DNA from: Opitutia bacterium UBA7374
GTDB lineage: Bacteria > Verrucomicrobiota > Verrucomicrobiia > Opitutales > Coraliomargaritaceae
DNA length: 64,000 nucleotides
NCBI GenBank assembly: GCA_002469895.1
Contig: DKOA01000046.1
Span: 19,129-83,128, forward strand
Direction: 5' to 3'
Shown: positions 29,383-39,511 of the stretch, piece by piece
Layout: each line of letters opens with the position of its first letter
Numbering within the stretch: the first letter of the stretch is position 1
Translations under genes and position numbers: made by a program
The notes under the pieces: generated by a model
The model's database searches: none
What the model saw: only the letters and a program-made list of their open reading frames with translations
Told to the model about the DNA's origin: nothing

Positions 29383-29951
29383 TGAATAAACAGAAAAGAA
29401 AAGCGTTCACCCTGATCGAACTCTTAATGGTCATTGCGATTATCGGCATTCTTGCCGGTATTTTAATTCCGGCAGTGGGTTCGGTACGAAAACAGGCCAG
29501 CATAGCGGCCTCCAAGTCACAGCTTTCAAACTACATCAGCGCGGTGGAGCTCTATAAGAGTGAGTACAAATTTTATCCGTTTTTGGATTCCGCAGAGGAT
29601 CAGGATAATCTTCGCATTAATGATAGTGAGTTTTTATTTTACCGTACACTGAGCGGTAAAGAGCCGAACGGTAATTCCAGTGCCGGCTGGAATGAGCGGA
29701 ATCGGCGACGCATAAATTTCTACAACTTTACCGACTCTGAGCTGCTGGAAACTTCCGGTGGCGAAGAAACGCAAGAAGATCCGATTATTGTCGACCGTTT
29801 CAACAATCAGGAAATCTATTTTGCTATCGATGGGGACGGCGATGGATTTATTCAGCCGGAGATTACCAATACTCCGGTGCGTGCGTCTGTCACGGCATAC
29901 GTTATCGAAGACGTGCAAGGCGGGCCAGCTTATCAACTCTGGGACGAATAA
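29382..29951 (+). CDS. prepilin-type N-terminal cleavage/methylation domain protein (pseudopilin)
   Basis: KA|FTLIELLMVIAIIGILAGIL. The start overlaps the upstream stop (TAATG). Confidence 0.7.
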   Translation: MNKQKRKAFTLIELLMVIAIIGILAGILIPAVGSVRKQASIAASKSQLSNYISAVELYKSEYKFYPFLDSAEDQDNLRINDSEFLFYRTLSGKEPNGNSSAGWNERNRRRINFYNFTDSELLETSGGEETQEDPIIVDRFNNQEIYFAIDGDGDGFIQPEITNTPVRASVTAYVIEDVQGGPAYQLWDE

Positions 29952-29952
29952 T

Positions 29953-30609
29953 ATGACGAGTGACTCCAAACACAGACGTCAAGCAGGCTTTACCCTGATT
30001 GAGTTGCTTGCCGTTATTGCTCTTATTGTACTGGCTTCCTCGATCCTCTTCGTTGCCGGCAGCGGAGGTGCGGGTGCCGCGCTGGACAATTCTAAGCGTA
30101 TTGTTGGGAGTATTGCAAGCGGTGCGCGGGGACAGGCTATTCTGAAAAATACCCGCACGCGTTTGATTATATATACCGATCAGAGCACCGTTCGTAACGA
30201 TGATAAGTACCGCCGTTTCTTTGGAATCGTCTACGAAGATAAGGCGAACCCCAGTCAGTGGATTGCTGCGACACAAGGCACCTATCTACCCAGCGGTATT
30301 TACTTCGACACCGAATTGAGCGATGCAAAAACCGGCTTTGTCATCGAGTATCCCCGTTCCATTCCCAAAGCGGAAGGCACCGGTGAATCGTTTTCTTATT
30401 ATGAATTTTCGAGCAATGGGAATATGTCCACCAGTCCGGATAATTTTACCAACTCCCGCCTGATCATCCGTGCCGGCAGTCTGCAGCCCAGCAATGGATT
30501 ACTGGATGTTGTGGTCAATGAGGAGCAGGAGTATACCGTGACGGGGTTGATTTTCCGGCGGGCGGGTACGACAACCCCAATCAATAATCCCGAAGAGGCA
30601 TTGAAGTAA
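29953..30609 (+). CDS. pseudopilin, GspH/FimT-like
   Basis: AG|FTLIELLAVIALIVLASS, followed by ...SIASGARGQAILKNTRTRLII, which resembles the GspH/FimT pattern. The start is set at the ATG at 29953 (1 nt after the upstream stop), not the longer overlapping ORF. Confidence 0.6.
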   Translation: MTSDSKHRRQAGFTLIELLAVIALIVLASSILFVAGSGGAGAALDNSKRIVGSIASGARGQAILKNTRTRLIIYTDQSTVRNDDKYRRFFGIVYEDKANPSQWIAATQGTYLPSGIYFDTELSDAKTGFVIEYPRSIPKAEGTGESFSYYEFSSNGNMSTSPDNFTNSRLIIRAGSLQPSNGLLDVVVNEEQEYTVTGLIFRRAGTTTPINNPEEALK

Positions 30610-30615
30610 GCAATC

Positions 30616-31329
30616 ATGAACGGAACACCCTCCCCGCAAGTATCCTCTAAATCCGGCTTCAGCCTGATTGAGGTGGTCATGGCCCTTGGTATTTTCCTGG
30701 TTTCCGTGCTCGCCCTCATTGGCCTGCTCGGCCCCTCACTGAAATCAATAGAAGAGGTCGAGACGACCGATGAGATCGCTTCACTGGTCAACACATTAAA
30801 TGCCTTTTTGCACTCTTCTTCGGACATTGCTACCGGGTCGAATTTTAACGCCATCTTTGGTGCGGTTGCCGACAACGGCTATGCTTCGGTCCTGATCTAT
30901 CGCTATTACGAAGCGGATGCAGGCGCAGATCCAACTGCGCCCCCCGTGATCAATCTGGAGATAGGCTTCGAGTCCGATGAGGGCGGTAGCATTGAAGCAC
31001 GGGGGGTCGTTAACTTCCAAGACCCGGATGCCGGTCGTACTGCAGACTTTGAAAATGCTGCCGGATCGATCTATCGTATCATCCTGACGCCTTCTTCTGT
31101 GATTCCAACCGATCACATAACTGATAATGGCGTGAGTTCGTATCCACGGTACACTCTGAGCAAATCATTGGCCGCTTATCCGGAAGGTTATTTTGCCATG
31201 GAGGCACGCATTTTCCGGCTAGAGGCGGATCAGTCTGCCATTCAAGGGGGTGGTATGCCCACCGTTGATATCGCGAATTTGGCAGATGAATCCTCTATCT
31301 TTACATACAATCTGGCCGTCGTGCGCTAA
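30616..31329 (+). CDS. pseudopilin, GspI/PilV-like
   Basis: SG|FSLIEVVMALGIFLVSVLALIGLL, the typical GspI/PilV-type N-terminus. Confidence 0.55.
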   Translation: MNGTPSPQVSSKSGFSLIEVVMALGIFLVSVLALIGLLGPSLKSIEEVETTDEIASLVNTLNAFLHSSSDIATGSNFNAIFGAVADNGYASVLIYRYYEADAGADPTAPPVINLEIGFESDEGGSIEARGVVNFQDPDAGRTADFENAAGSIYRIILTPSSVIPTDHITDNGVSSYPRYTLSKSLAAYPEGYFAMEARIFRLEADQSAIQGGGMPTVDIANLADESSIFTYNLAVVR

Positions 31330-31336
31330 TTAAACC

Positions 31337-32236
31337 ATGAAGAAGCCTACATTTATTGCAAGAGCCCGTCGCCGGACAAAGCGCGCCTTCACACTCATTG
31401 AAATCATGGTAGCGACTGCGATCATGGTTGTTCTGGTAGGTCTGGTCATTCAGATCACCAGTCAGGTACTTAATGTCTGGACCCGTTCATCCGGTCGCCT
31501 TTCGGCTTTGGCCAGTGCTCGTATTGCCATGGAACTCATTACGCAGGACCTCGAGACAGCGGTTTTTCGCAACAATAACATGCAATGGCTGCGCGCGGAA
31601 AACAGCACCGTCACGACTCCGGGTGGTTCGACTAACACAGTCTCCCTGAAACTATTTTCTCCCGCCCTCGACCGACCGGAAGGCCCCGGCGATATTTGTG
31701 CGATTGGCTACTTGTTACGCTATGCGGACCCGGTGTCCGGTGAGGAATCCGGTGATGATCGCCTCTTTGTTCTCTACCGAAAGGTGATCAGCCCGGAAAC
31801 TACGTTCAACGAATTGATGGGTGTCGGCAGTCAGGAGACACTTGACTGGGGAGCCTGGTCTTCCGGCGAAGGTGCAGACGGGGAGACCCCGGTTTCTACA
31901 AGTACGATTACTGCGGATGATTATCTGGTCAGTAATATTGCCAGCTTTGAGATAAAGTTTCACGTCGAGGATGATGGTAACCCGGCGACGACCACTTTGG
32001 TCCCGGGAGATACTCTCTTTGGTGGAACCTCTGCCACAGTGGGTGCCGGAGCCGACGTAAGTGCACGCTTCCAGAAGCCTCTGGCGTACGCTGATATCCG
32101 TTTAACCGTGTTATCCGATGAAGGGGCTGCGATTCTGCAAAGCATGGCAGTGACCGGCGAGGATCTGAATTCTGTGCTGCTTCAACACAGCCAGGTCTTT
32201 TATCGCCGGGTGTATTTCCCCGCGCGGCCGATCTAG
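31337..32236 (+). CDS. pseudopilin, GspJ/PilW-like
   Basis: RA|FTLIEIMVATAIMVVLVGLV followed by ...SARIAMELITQDLETAVF, resembling the GspJ/PilW N-terminal pattern. Confidence 0.6.
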   Translation: MKKPTFIARARRRTKRAFTLIEIMVATAIMVVLVGLVIQITSQVLNVWTRSSGRLSALASARIAMELITQDLETAVFRNNNMQWLRAENSTVTTPGGSTNTVSLKLFSPALDRPEGPGDICAIGYLLRYADPVSGEESGDDRLFVLYRKVISPETTFNELMGVGSQETLDWGAWSSGEGADGETPVSTSTITADDYLVSNIASFEIKFHVEDDGNPATTTLVPGDTLFGGTSATVGAGADVSARFQKPLAYADIRLTVLSDEGAAILQSMAVTGEDLNSVLLQHSQVFYRRVYFPARPI

Positions 32237-32354
32237 CGATCATCTTTGGACAAGTTTAGCTCCTGTATAGTGCTACCAAGGAGTCGCCGCATAGAACCCG
32301 GATCTTTGCAGATCTGCGTATCCATAAATACGTCTTTCGCTTTCGTCGAGAGAG

Positions 32355-33005
32355 CTACGCAGTCTCTTGTCCGTGCGTTAAGCCGGGGTCGTTGTCCTTA
32401 GCCGATTGTTCTGCCTCTGCCCGCAGATAAATTTCGCGACTGATCCACGCGTCTGTTGCAGCATAGCGAATTTGCCGGGCATCCAAGCTCTCCCGTGCCC
32501 AATTCGTGACTTGCGCAGCCTTACTGATACGTCCTTTGAGGAGAAGGGCCGCAAGTGCGCGTAAGCCGCGGTTTTCGTACTTGAGCTTAGCGGTCAGGTC
32601 AGCGATTTCGACAAAGCCCGCCGGCAAAAAATCTTCCAGAGCACGAAGTTCTTTTACATCGTCCGCGATGGCGACACCGGTCTTTCGTATCGTTTCAGAC
32701 TGAAATAAGGGAAGGAGCGGAGCCAGCGTCTTCGTCTGGCTGATGCGAAAAAGGTAGACACAATCGGCACTGGCGAGCTGTACAAGTGCAGGCGGGTAGT
32801 GTTCTCCTTTGCGAAAGCTGGGACGTGTTTCGGTATCAAAACCGAGGTGGGTCTCTTTGACTAATTGTCCGACAGCCGCCTCCATTTCGCTTACCGTATC
32901 CAGTATTTTTACAGGGCCCTCCCAGGCGATGAGAGGCAGTTCGTTAATTTCCGCCTTGGAAATGCGCCGTCCGGGGATTGCTGAGGGTTGAGATGCTTCC
33001 TCCAT
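32355..33005 (-). CDS. 3'-5' exonuclease (DEDDy, RNase D / WRN-exo family)
   Basis: ExoI LGFDTETRP, ExoII GVAIADDVKEL, ExoIII YAATDAW. The start is set at MEEASQ (ATG 33005), 22 nt after the MBL gene stop. Confidence 0.75.
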   Translation of the reverse strand: MEEASQPSAIPGRRISKAEINELPLIAWEGPVKILDTVSEMEAAVGQLVKETHLGFDTETRPSFRKGEHYPPALVQLASADCVYLFRISQTKTLAPLLPLFQSETIRKTGVAIADDVKELRALEDFLPAGFVEIADLTAKLKYENRGLRALAALLLKGRISKAAQVTNWARESLDARQIRYAATDAWISREIYLRAEAEQSAKDNDPGLTHGQETA

Positions 33006-33027
33006 TGAATGTACCGGGGGTCGTTGC

Positions 33028-33996
33028 TTAGGCCTCCAGACGGAGGCCATCGTAGGCGAGTCGGATCTTTCGAGGTCGAGGGCCCTGCGAAGATTGGGCC
33101 GCCTCCAGAGCCTGCAGGTGCATCGACTCGATCCGGGCATCCAGAAAGCCGGGCTCATGATGAAAGAGTACAAGTTGTTTCACTCTGGCGAGTCCTGCCA
33201 GTTCGATGGCGGTTCTGTGGTCGGAGTGACCCCAGTTACGCTTTTCGTTATCTACCTGCTCCCGGGTATATTGAGCATCATAGATGACGATATCGGCATC
33301 TTTGAAGAAATCGATAAAGGACGCATTGTCGCTGCGGTTTTCCGCAAGGTGCTCGGCGTCTGTTGAGTAGACGATCGATTTGTTTGCCTGTTCGAAGCGG
33401 TAACCCCAGGAGTCTCCGGGATGATTTTGCCGAATAGCACGTGCCTGTACACTGCCCAGATCGAAGACGGATCCTTCCTCCCGTATATCAAATTCAATTT
33501 CCGCTTTCATGCTTTCGAAGGGAACGGGAAAGCAGGGTGCTTCCATCTGGCGGCGTAAGACCGCCTCGGTCTCCTGATGAAAGCCATGAATGAGGATGCG
33601 GTTGCCTGCTTGATAAGCTGGGCCAAAGAAAGGAAAGCCTTGGATGTGATCCCAGTGCAGGTGAGAGAGAAAAAGATGATAGGTGCGCGGCTTGGTTTCC
33701 GGGCTAAGAGAGAGGGCATAATCCCGAATTCCGGTTCCCGCATCACAGAGGATGATGGCATCCTCGTCCGTTTCGATTTGCACGCAGGAAGTATTGGCGC
33801 GGTAGGTGCCCTGTAGGCTGTGTGGCAACTGGTCGACAAAATCTTCTACCTGACGCTGGCTTTCAAAGGCTGTACCCCGTGCTTCCCAAAGAGCAGCGAG
33901 CACCTTCTGACGGATTTCATCGGAAGTTGCGGGTGAAGGCAGGGAGCCACAGGATCCCCAAATGAAGGCGCCAAAGTTCACATCTAAAGTACACAA
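33028..33996 (-). CDS. MBL-fold metallo-hydrolase
   Basis: N-terminal IWGSCGSLPSP, DAGTG, and the HxHxDH motif HLHWDHIQGFPF. Confidence 0.8.
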   Translation of the reverse strand: MCTLDVNFGAFIWGSCGSLPSPATSDEIRQKVLAALWEARGTAFESQRQVEDFVDQLPHSLQGTYRANTSCVQIETDEDAIILCDAGTGIRDYALSLSPETKPRTYHLFLSHLHWDHIQGFPFFGPAYQAGNRILIHGFHQETEAVLRRQMEAPCFPVPFESMKAEIEFDIREEGSVFDLGSVQARAIRQNHPGDSWGYRFEQANKSIVYSTDAEHLAENRSDNASFIDFFKDADIVIYDAQYTREQVDNEKRNWGHSDHRTAIELAGLARVKQLVLFHHEPGFLDARIESMHLQALEAAQSSQGPRPRKIRLAYDGLRLEA

Positions 33997-34075
33997 CTAT
34001 TTAGAGATTGGAACCGGAGTCAAAGAAAAGGAATGCGAAAAGCGAGCCCGCTGTGCATCCTCTAGTTTTCTATAG

Positions 34076-34756
34076 CTAGACCGGGTTGGGTAGGCGATTA
34101 CTGTGGGCATAGGTACGACTGGCGCGTACTTGCACATACCGCTTTTCCTCAAGGATGTAGGCGGTGAGGTAACCGCCGTAGACGCATCCGGTATCAATCC
34201 CGATAGAGGACTTCTTCTTATATACTTTGGGTCGCGGCGTATGCCCGTAAATGACAAAAGGCGGCCCCTTCCAGCTATCCGCCCAGGCAGGTGCCTCCGG
34301 AGCATCTGAGCGCTTCGCTGGTTGACCATTTACATCAATTACCTGAATGCTCGTGGTCACCTCGATGGATTGTTTCATCCATGGCTGGCCCGGGAGAAAG
34401 CCACCGTGAATGAAAACGGTCTCGGATATTCCGTCATATTTAAATTTCGGGAGGCTCTCGAGGTAGGACCAGTCGTCTTGCTCCAACTGCTTAAGAGTGG
34501 TCAAATCATATTCTTTCAGTTGCTCGGGTCGTTTTTCTCGAAGCGCGGTAAGAATGCGGAGTTCATGGTTCCCCAGTATGGCTTCGATTCCATTTTCTCG
34601 TGCGATACGAACGGCTCCGTGACTGTCCGGCCCACGGTTGATCAGATCGCCGAGTTGGATTACACGGTCGCCGCTTTTGGGATTCAGCAGTTGCAGCAGT
34701 TCGGCAAATTCCTCGGCGCAACCGTGGACATCTCCGATAGCGATAGTTCGGCTCAT
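34076..34756 (-). CDS. metallophosphoesterase (ApaH/PrpE-like Ser/Thr phosphatase family)
   Basis: IAIGDVHGC, GDLINRGPDS, GNHE and a later GH motif. Confidence 0.8.
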   Translation of the reverse strand: MSRTIAIGDVHGCAEEFAELLQLLNPKSGDRVIQLGDLINRGPDSHGAVRIARENGIEAILGNHELRILTALREKRPEQLKEYDLTTLKQLEQDDWSYLESLPKFKYDGISETVFIHGGFLPGQPWMKQSIEVTTSIQVIDVNGQPAKRSDAPEAPAWADSWKGPPFVIYGHTPRPKVYKKKSSIGIDTGCVYGGYLTAYILEEKRYVQVRASRTYAHSNRLPNPV

Positions 34757-34826
34757 TGCGGGTGGCAGGGATAAAATTAAAACGCACTAAATCTAAGGTT
34801 TTTAATCGTGGTGGGGGCAAGTTAAA

Positions 34827-35378
34827 ATGAATCGATGCTTGTCGAAGCCCTTTTCTCGGTGGAATATGCAAACAATGGTAGATTGGCAGATTAAAACAAT
34901 GGCAGACCGTTGTCAGAGTCGTGGTTCCCTCTTTAACCCTGGTGATCGCGTCGCCTGCCTGATCTATCAGGACAAGGAAGCCAGTGAGTTGAGGCGTCTT
35001 GATTTACTGGAAGATGCGGTCGCTGATTATACGTTGCCGGGTGAATTGCTCGGTCGCTGGGTGCGCTTGGTGGGGGAGCCGGATGCAGAGGCCGGTAGTG
35101 CCGCTGATGGCCTACAGTCGGCAGAGGAGCTGTTTCTCTCGCTCTACGAAGCGGAGACGGAGGCGGCGGCACTTACTGAAAAGCAGGCATTGCAGCATTT
35201 GCTGGCACTACTTTTAGAGCGCAAGCGTGTCTTGCGGCCTTTGCCACCCCGTCAGGTTGAGGGCACCCAGACCTACCTGCATGTTAAAAGCAAGCGCAGC
35301 TTTGCGGTTCCGGTCATTGAAATTTCTGCGCCTCTGATGGCCCGGATAGAAGACTCGATTGGCGACTTGATCCATTAA
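34827..35378 (+). CDS. hypothetical protein
   Basis: 183-aa ORF, first of three closely spaced plus-strand genes. No family recognised and the start is uncertain. Confidence 0.5.
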   Translation: MNRCLSKPFSRWNMQTMVDWQIKTMADRCQSRGSLFNPGDRVACLIYQDKEASELRRLDLLEDAVADYTLPGELLGRWVRLVGEPDAEAGSAADGLQSAEELFLSLYEAETEAAALTEKQALQHLLALLLERKRVLRPLPPRQVEGTQTYLHVKSKRSFAVPVIEISAPLMARIEDSIGDLIH

Positions 35379-35399
35379 TCCTTAGGCGCGGAGCTATTT

Positions 35400-35882
35400 A
35401 TGAAACGACTATTGTCACTGCTTCTTTTGATCGGTCTCTTCACCGGCTGCAAGACTACGCCTGAAGTAGAGAATATGTTGATTCCTCGCATCATGGTGGA
35501 GTCAAGGGGCACCCAGTATGGTGCTCTGCGGGGCAAAGCGTACAAGTTGCCGGTCAGCGGTACGGAGATAATTGCAGATCGTGAGCCGGTCATTACCGAA
35601 AAGGACATCCTCAATGTTGAACTGGTACAGGTGGAGATGGGTCTGGCACTGTTGATTGAGATGAACGATGCCGGTGCCCGCGCGCTCTATCGAGCTTCAG
35701 TCACGGATCGAGGCAGTCGACTGGTCTTTACGACTAATGATCAAGCGATCGGGGCCCGTCGCATAGACGGTGTTATAAACGACGGTAAGTTGTACACCTT
35801 CGTTGAGGTCAAAGACGATGAAATGGGGCCGCTCGTACTGGACATAAAGGCCAGTTTGGCAGCCTTAAGAAGAAGTCGCTAG
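35400..35882 (+). CDS. putative lipoprotein
   Basis: Signal peptide MKRLLSLLLLIGLFTGC with a lipobox-like FTGC. It lies 8 nt upstream of the M23 peptidase gene. Confidence 0.55.
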   Translation: MKRLLSLLLLIGLFTGCKTTPEVENMLIPRIMVESRGTQYGALRGKAYKLPVSGTEIIADREPVITEKDILNVELVQVEMGLALLIEMNDAGARALYRASVTDRGSRLVFTTNDQAIGARRIDGVINDGKLYTFVEVKDDEMGPLVLDIKASLAALRRSR

Positions 35883-35889
35883 CTGTTCG

Positions 35890-36900
35890 ATGGTTGGTCC
35901 TGCCATTTTTCGGTCTCTTTGCTTGGTTTTCTTGCTTGCTACGAACGTCGTTGCGTTGGTTTGGCCGACCCCGAATCCGGCATTTCAGCAGGGGCGATCG
36001 GCAAAAGACTTTATACAGCCAACCGCTTCTGGCATCCTTAAATCCGGTTTGTTTGGTTGTGTGCGCAATGGAGGCAGTCGTTTTCATGAGGGTATCGATC
36101 TTTTCCCATTGAAGCGGGATCGAACTGGCGAGGCCGCAGATCCGGTCTATAGTATACTTCCCGGGCGGGTGGTTCATATTAGTGGGATTGCCGGCCACAG
36201 CAGCTACGGACGTTATGTCGTGGTCGAGCACGATGCAGAAAAGCCGGTCTTTTTAACTCTTTATTCTCACCTTTCCCGTATCGCAGAGGGCGTTGCGCCC
36301 GGCTCCCGGGTGAAGTCCGGAACGATCCTGGGGATCATGGGGCGTTCCGCCGCGGGATACACGATACCTAAGTCCCGCGCCCATTTGCATTTTGAGATCG
36401 CATTTCAACTGACCGATGATTTTCAGGATTGGTATGATCGGCAGGCCTTCAAGGAACCGAACCGTCACGGAAACTGGAATGGAATGAATCTGGTGGGCAT
36501 TGATCCGCTTGCATTTTATGAAGCCATGCATGGGCGAAAGGAGGGTGGGATGAATGCACACCTGAAGGCGCTACCGGTGGTCGCCCGCATCCGTGTTTTT
36601 ACTGGTAAGACGCCCAACTTTGTGACGCGTCACCCAGCACTGGTCACGCGGTCTTTTCAGGAGGCAGCGGTCACGGCTTGGGATATTGCCTTCACGAAGT
36701 ATGGATTGCCCGTTCAATGGACGCCCCGTTTCGCTGACGAAGGACTTACCGGCCGCGCCGGAGATGTACAAGTGCTGGCTTACCAGCAACGGTTGCTAGA
36801 AGGACAGAGCTGTAAGCGTGTTTTGGATATGGGTGCATCCGGTCCGCGCATCTCGAGAGGTACGCTCGATGACTTGAAGAAGCTTTTTGGCTTTCGCTGA
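35890..36900 (+). CDS. M23 family metallopeptidase
   Basis: HEGIDL, YSHLS and HLHFEI motifs (HxxxD ... HxH of LytM/M23), with an N-terminal signal/anchor. Confidence 0.8.
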   Translation: MVGPAIFRSLCLVFLLATNVVALVWPTPNPAFQQGRSAKDFIQPTASGILKSGLFGCVRNGGSRFHEGIDLFPLKRDRTGEAADPVYSILPGRVVHISGIAGHSSYGRYVVVEHDAEKPVFLTLYSHLSRIAEGVAPGSRVKSGTILGIMGRSAAGYTIPKSRAHLHFEIAFQLTDDFQDWYDRQAFKEPNRHGNWNGMNLVGIDPLAFYEAMHGRKEGGMNAHLKALPVVARIRVFTGKTPNFVTRHPALVTRSFQEAAVTAWDIAFTKYGLPVQWTPRFADEGLTGRAGDVQVLAYQQRLLEGQSCKRVLDMGASGPRISRGTLDDLKKLFGFR

Positions 36901-36920
36901 TCGATTACGAAAGTGGACGG

Positions 36921-37601
36921 TTAGGCATTCGCTGCCTTGCGAACCTCTTTCATGAATTTTCCTGCTTTTGAATGACCCAGCCTGCTGGCTCCTGCTTGGA
37001 ACAGCTTTGTTGTATCAGAACCAGCCGACATCTTAGCGATCGCCTTTATCGCGATTTTGCTAGAGCGGTGTTTGCAGAAAAGAGCGACATCTTCTGGGTC
37101 GGATGCATGCAAGTCGAAGCCGGTCGATGTCTGGATGAAGTCAGCGCTGACCTGTTCGCAGATAGCCAGAGCATGGCGCTTCTGTTTCTTTTTCAGGTAG
37201 CCGGCCTCGACGACAATCTTGGTTATCAGGCCGACACTCCGTGCTGCTTCGCACAAAAGGGCTGCCTCATCGGCTGCCAGACTTTTTTCATCTCTGCGCA
37301 AGTGATTATAGTTTAAGACAATATCCACTTCCGCCGCGCCGTGGTCTCGCGCTTCAAGGATTTCTGCCCGTTTAGACTGCACGCCGGAGCGCCCATGAGG
37401 AAAGCCGATCACAGTAGAGACATTTACTGCAGTATTGTAGAGAATGCTCGAACAGATGGCGATGTCTGTTGGGTATACGCAGACTGCGGCAAATCCAAAA
37501 TCAGCGGCTTCATCACAGAGCGCACAGATCTCTGCTTCGGTTGCGTCGAGCATCAGATTGGTCGAGTCGATCAGGCTGGCGATTTGCTCGATTTTCTTCA
37601 T
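36921..37601 (-). CDS. deoC: deoxyribose-phosphate aldolase
   Basis: LIDSTNLMLDATEAEICALCDEAADFGFAAVCVYP is the typical DeoC N-terminal region. The start is set at MKKIEQ (ATG 37601). Confidence 0.8.
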   Translation of the reverse strand: MKKIEQIASLIDSTNLMLDATEAEICALCDEAADFGFAAVCVYPTDIAICSSILYNTAVNVSTVIGFPHGRSGVQSKRAEILEARDHGAAEVDIVLNYNHLRRDEKSLAADEAALLCEAARSVGLITKIVVEAGYLKKKQKRHALAICEQVSADFIQTSTGFDLHASDPEDVALFCKHRSSKIAIKAIAKMSAGSDTTKLFQAGASRLGHSKAGKFMKEVRKAANA

Positions 37602-37684
37602 GGGGAATCGTGAGTAAAAATAGCAGACCCATTTTTGCAATTACATTACACTCGTGGGCTATGCCTTTTCCATCCGTCGTCAGG

Positions 37685-39511
37685 CTATTCCTGAAAGCGC
37701 TTGCTCCAGTCGCTCCAGCTGATCTCGGTCAAGGTCGGTTTGCCGGAGGGAGCGGTATGCGGCACCCGGCAGTTGAGCAATTGCGCTGCGAGCACTTCAA
37801 CCGCTTCATCGCTCTGTGGAAGCGCATCCCGGCTTACATATTTGCAGGCTAATTGCTTCAGGGTCTCACGGTGTAGTGTTTTTTCGCCCTGCCGGTCCCC
37901 GCGCTGTCTGATTTGGTCGATCAGGTCGCGAATAAAATTTTCTGCCTCTGCATCCGGCAGCCAGGCAGGAATGGACTCGATGCGGAAGAAATTTGTCCCG
38001 AAGGGTTCAACTACGAATCCGTTGGCTTGGAGCAATTCTGTTTGTTTAGCGAGCTGCTCAGCGGCAACCGGTTCCATGTCTATCGGGATTGGAAGGAGTA
38101 GTGGCTGGCTGGCTGCACTGCCTTGGCTAAAGTCGTCTTCAATTTGTTCGTAGCGCACTCGCTGGATGGCATGTTGTAACTGGAGCATGACCAGACCCTC
38201 GGGTGTTTGAAATAGTGCATAGCGCATCTGAAAGCGAGCCAGTAGCTTCCACCCGGTGATTATGGGAGCGGATGCGGATATGGGCTTATGTGCCGCACTT
38301 GATTCGGTCGCTGAGCTTGTTTTTTTCGGTAGTGGTGGGGTGGACGTTGTTCTCTGTGAAGTGACGGCGTCTGTAGATGCGGGCACCTCCTTCGGCAGGG
38401 GTCTGGGTAGGCTGGGGTGCGAAGAAGGGAGAGTGGATAAATCGGGGAGTGGGGGTCTCTCTTTTCCTTGCGGCGTATCACTGGGTGCCAGCTTCTGCAT
38501 GGGCTCGAGCGGGAGCGCAGGAGCGATCGCTTTTTCTACGGATTCCAGAATAAATCGACGCACTCTGCTTTCATCGCGAAAGCGAACTTCCCGCTTGGCC
38601 GGATGCACGTTAACATCGACCTGAGCTGGGTCGATTTGAAGAAAGAGAAAGGCGGGCGGGTAGCGCCCTTTCTGGATCCTTCCATGGTAGGCATCGAGTA
38701 CGGCAAAGCCAAGTGTCCGGTTGTCTACGGGCCGGTTATTGACCAGAGTAACGAGCTCGCGGCGGGTGGCCCTGCCCACTCCCGGCTTGGCGGTGAGCCC
38801 ACCTAAGCGAAGCCCGGTCTTTGGGTCTACCGCATCCACCGGCAGGAGGTTGTCTGCCAGACCCTTGCCCCAGATTTCTGCGATACGCCCCGGCAAGGCA
38901 TTACAGGCCGGCGAACGAAAAAGAGTGCGACCATTTTCGATCAGGCTAAACGCGATATTCGGATGCGCTACAGCAAAGAGACGTGTGGTGTAGGCGATAT
39001 GGGCACTTTCCGTGGCATCGGTCTTGAGGAATTTTCGTCGAGCTGGCACGGAGTTAAAGAGATGGGCGACTTCGATCTTCGTACCAACCGGCATGCCGCA
39101 ATCTTTCTTATCAAGCAGCTTACCCCCGTTGATTCTGACCTCGGTGCCATGCTCACGGTCTTGCCCACGTGTCTGTAGGGTAAATCGACTGACGGAGGCA
39201 ATCGACGGCAGCGCTTCTCCGCGAAAGCCAAAGCTTTGAATGGAATCCAGATCCGCGGCCTCGCGTATCTTGCTGGTGGCATGCCGCTCGAGACAAAGCA
39301 GAGCCTCGTCGGGGGCCATCCCCTTGCCATTGTCTTCGACGCGGATGTAGGACTTTCCTCCATTACGGAACTCGACCTCGATTCGTGTCGCACCAGCATC
39401 AAGGCTGTTCTCTACCAGTTCTTTAACGACCGCAACCGGCCTCTCGATGACCTCACCGGCTGCTATCTGATTGGCTACCAAATCTGGTAGAACTCTTATA
39501 TCTCCGAACAT
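37685..39511 (-). CDS. mutL: DNA mismatch repair protein MutL
   Basis: GHKL ATPase motifs [24 protein letters not shown] and GFRGEAL, plus the C-terminal dimerisation region. Confidence 0.95.
   Translation of the reverse strand: MFGDIRVLPDLVANQIAAGEVIERPVAVVKELVENSLDAGATRIEVEFRNGGKSYIRVEDNGKGMAPDEALLCLERHATSKIREAADLDSIQSFGFRGEALPSIASVSRFTLQTRGQDREHGTEVRINGGKLLDKKDCGMPVGTKIEVAHLFNSVPARRKFLKTDATESAHIAYTTRLFAVAHPNIAFSLIENGRTLFRSPACNALPGRIAEIWGKGLADNLLPVDAVDPKTGLRLGGLTAKPGVGRATRRELVTLVNNRPVDNRTLGFAVLDAYHGRIQKGRYPPAFLFLQIDPAQVDVNVHPAKREVRFRDESRVRRFILESVEKAIAPALPLEPMQKLAPSDTPQGKERPPLPDLSTLPSSHPSLPRPLPKEVPASTDAVTSQRTTSTPPLPKKTSSATESSAAHKPISASAPIITGWKLLARFQMRYALFQTPEGLVMLQLQHAIQRVRYEQIEDDFSQGSAASQPLLLPIPIDMEPVAAEQLAKQTELLQANGFVVEPFGTNFFRIESIPAWLPDAEAENFIRDLIDQIRQRGDRQGEKTLHRETLKQLACKYVSRDALPQSDEAVEVLAAQLLNCRVPHTAPSGKPTLTEISWSDWSKRFQE

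Noticed and set aside
29758-29952. 65-codon upstream extension of the third pseudopilin ORF
   Set aside because: It overlaps the 3' end of the second pseudopilin gene. The class III signal peptide requires the short basic leader that begins at ATG 29953.
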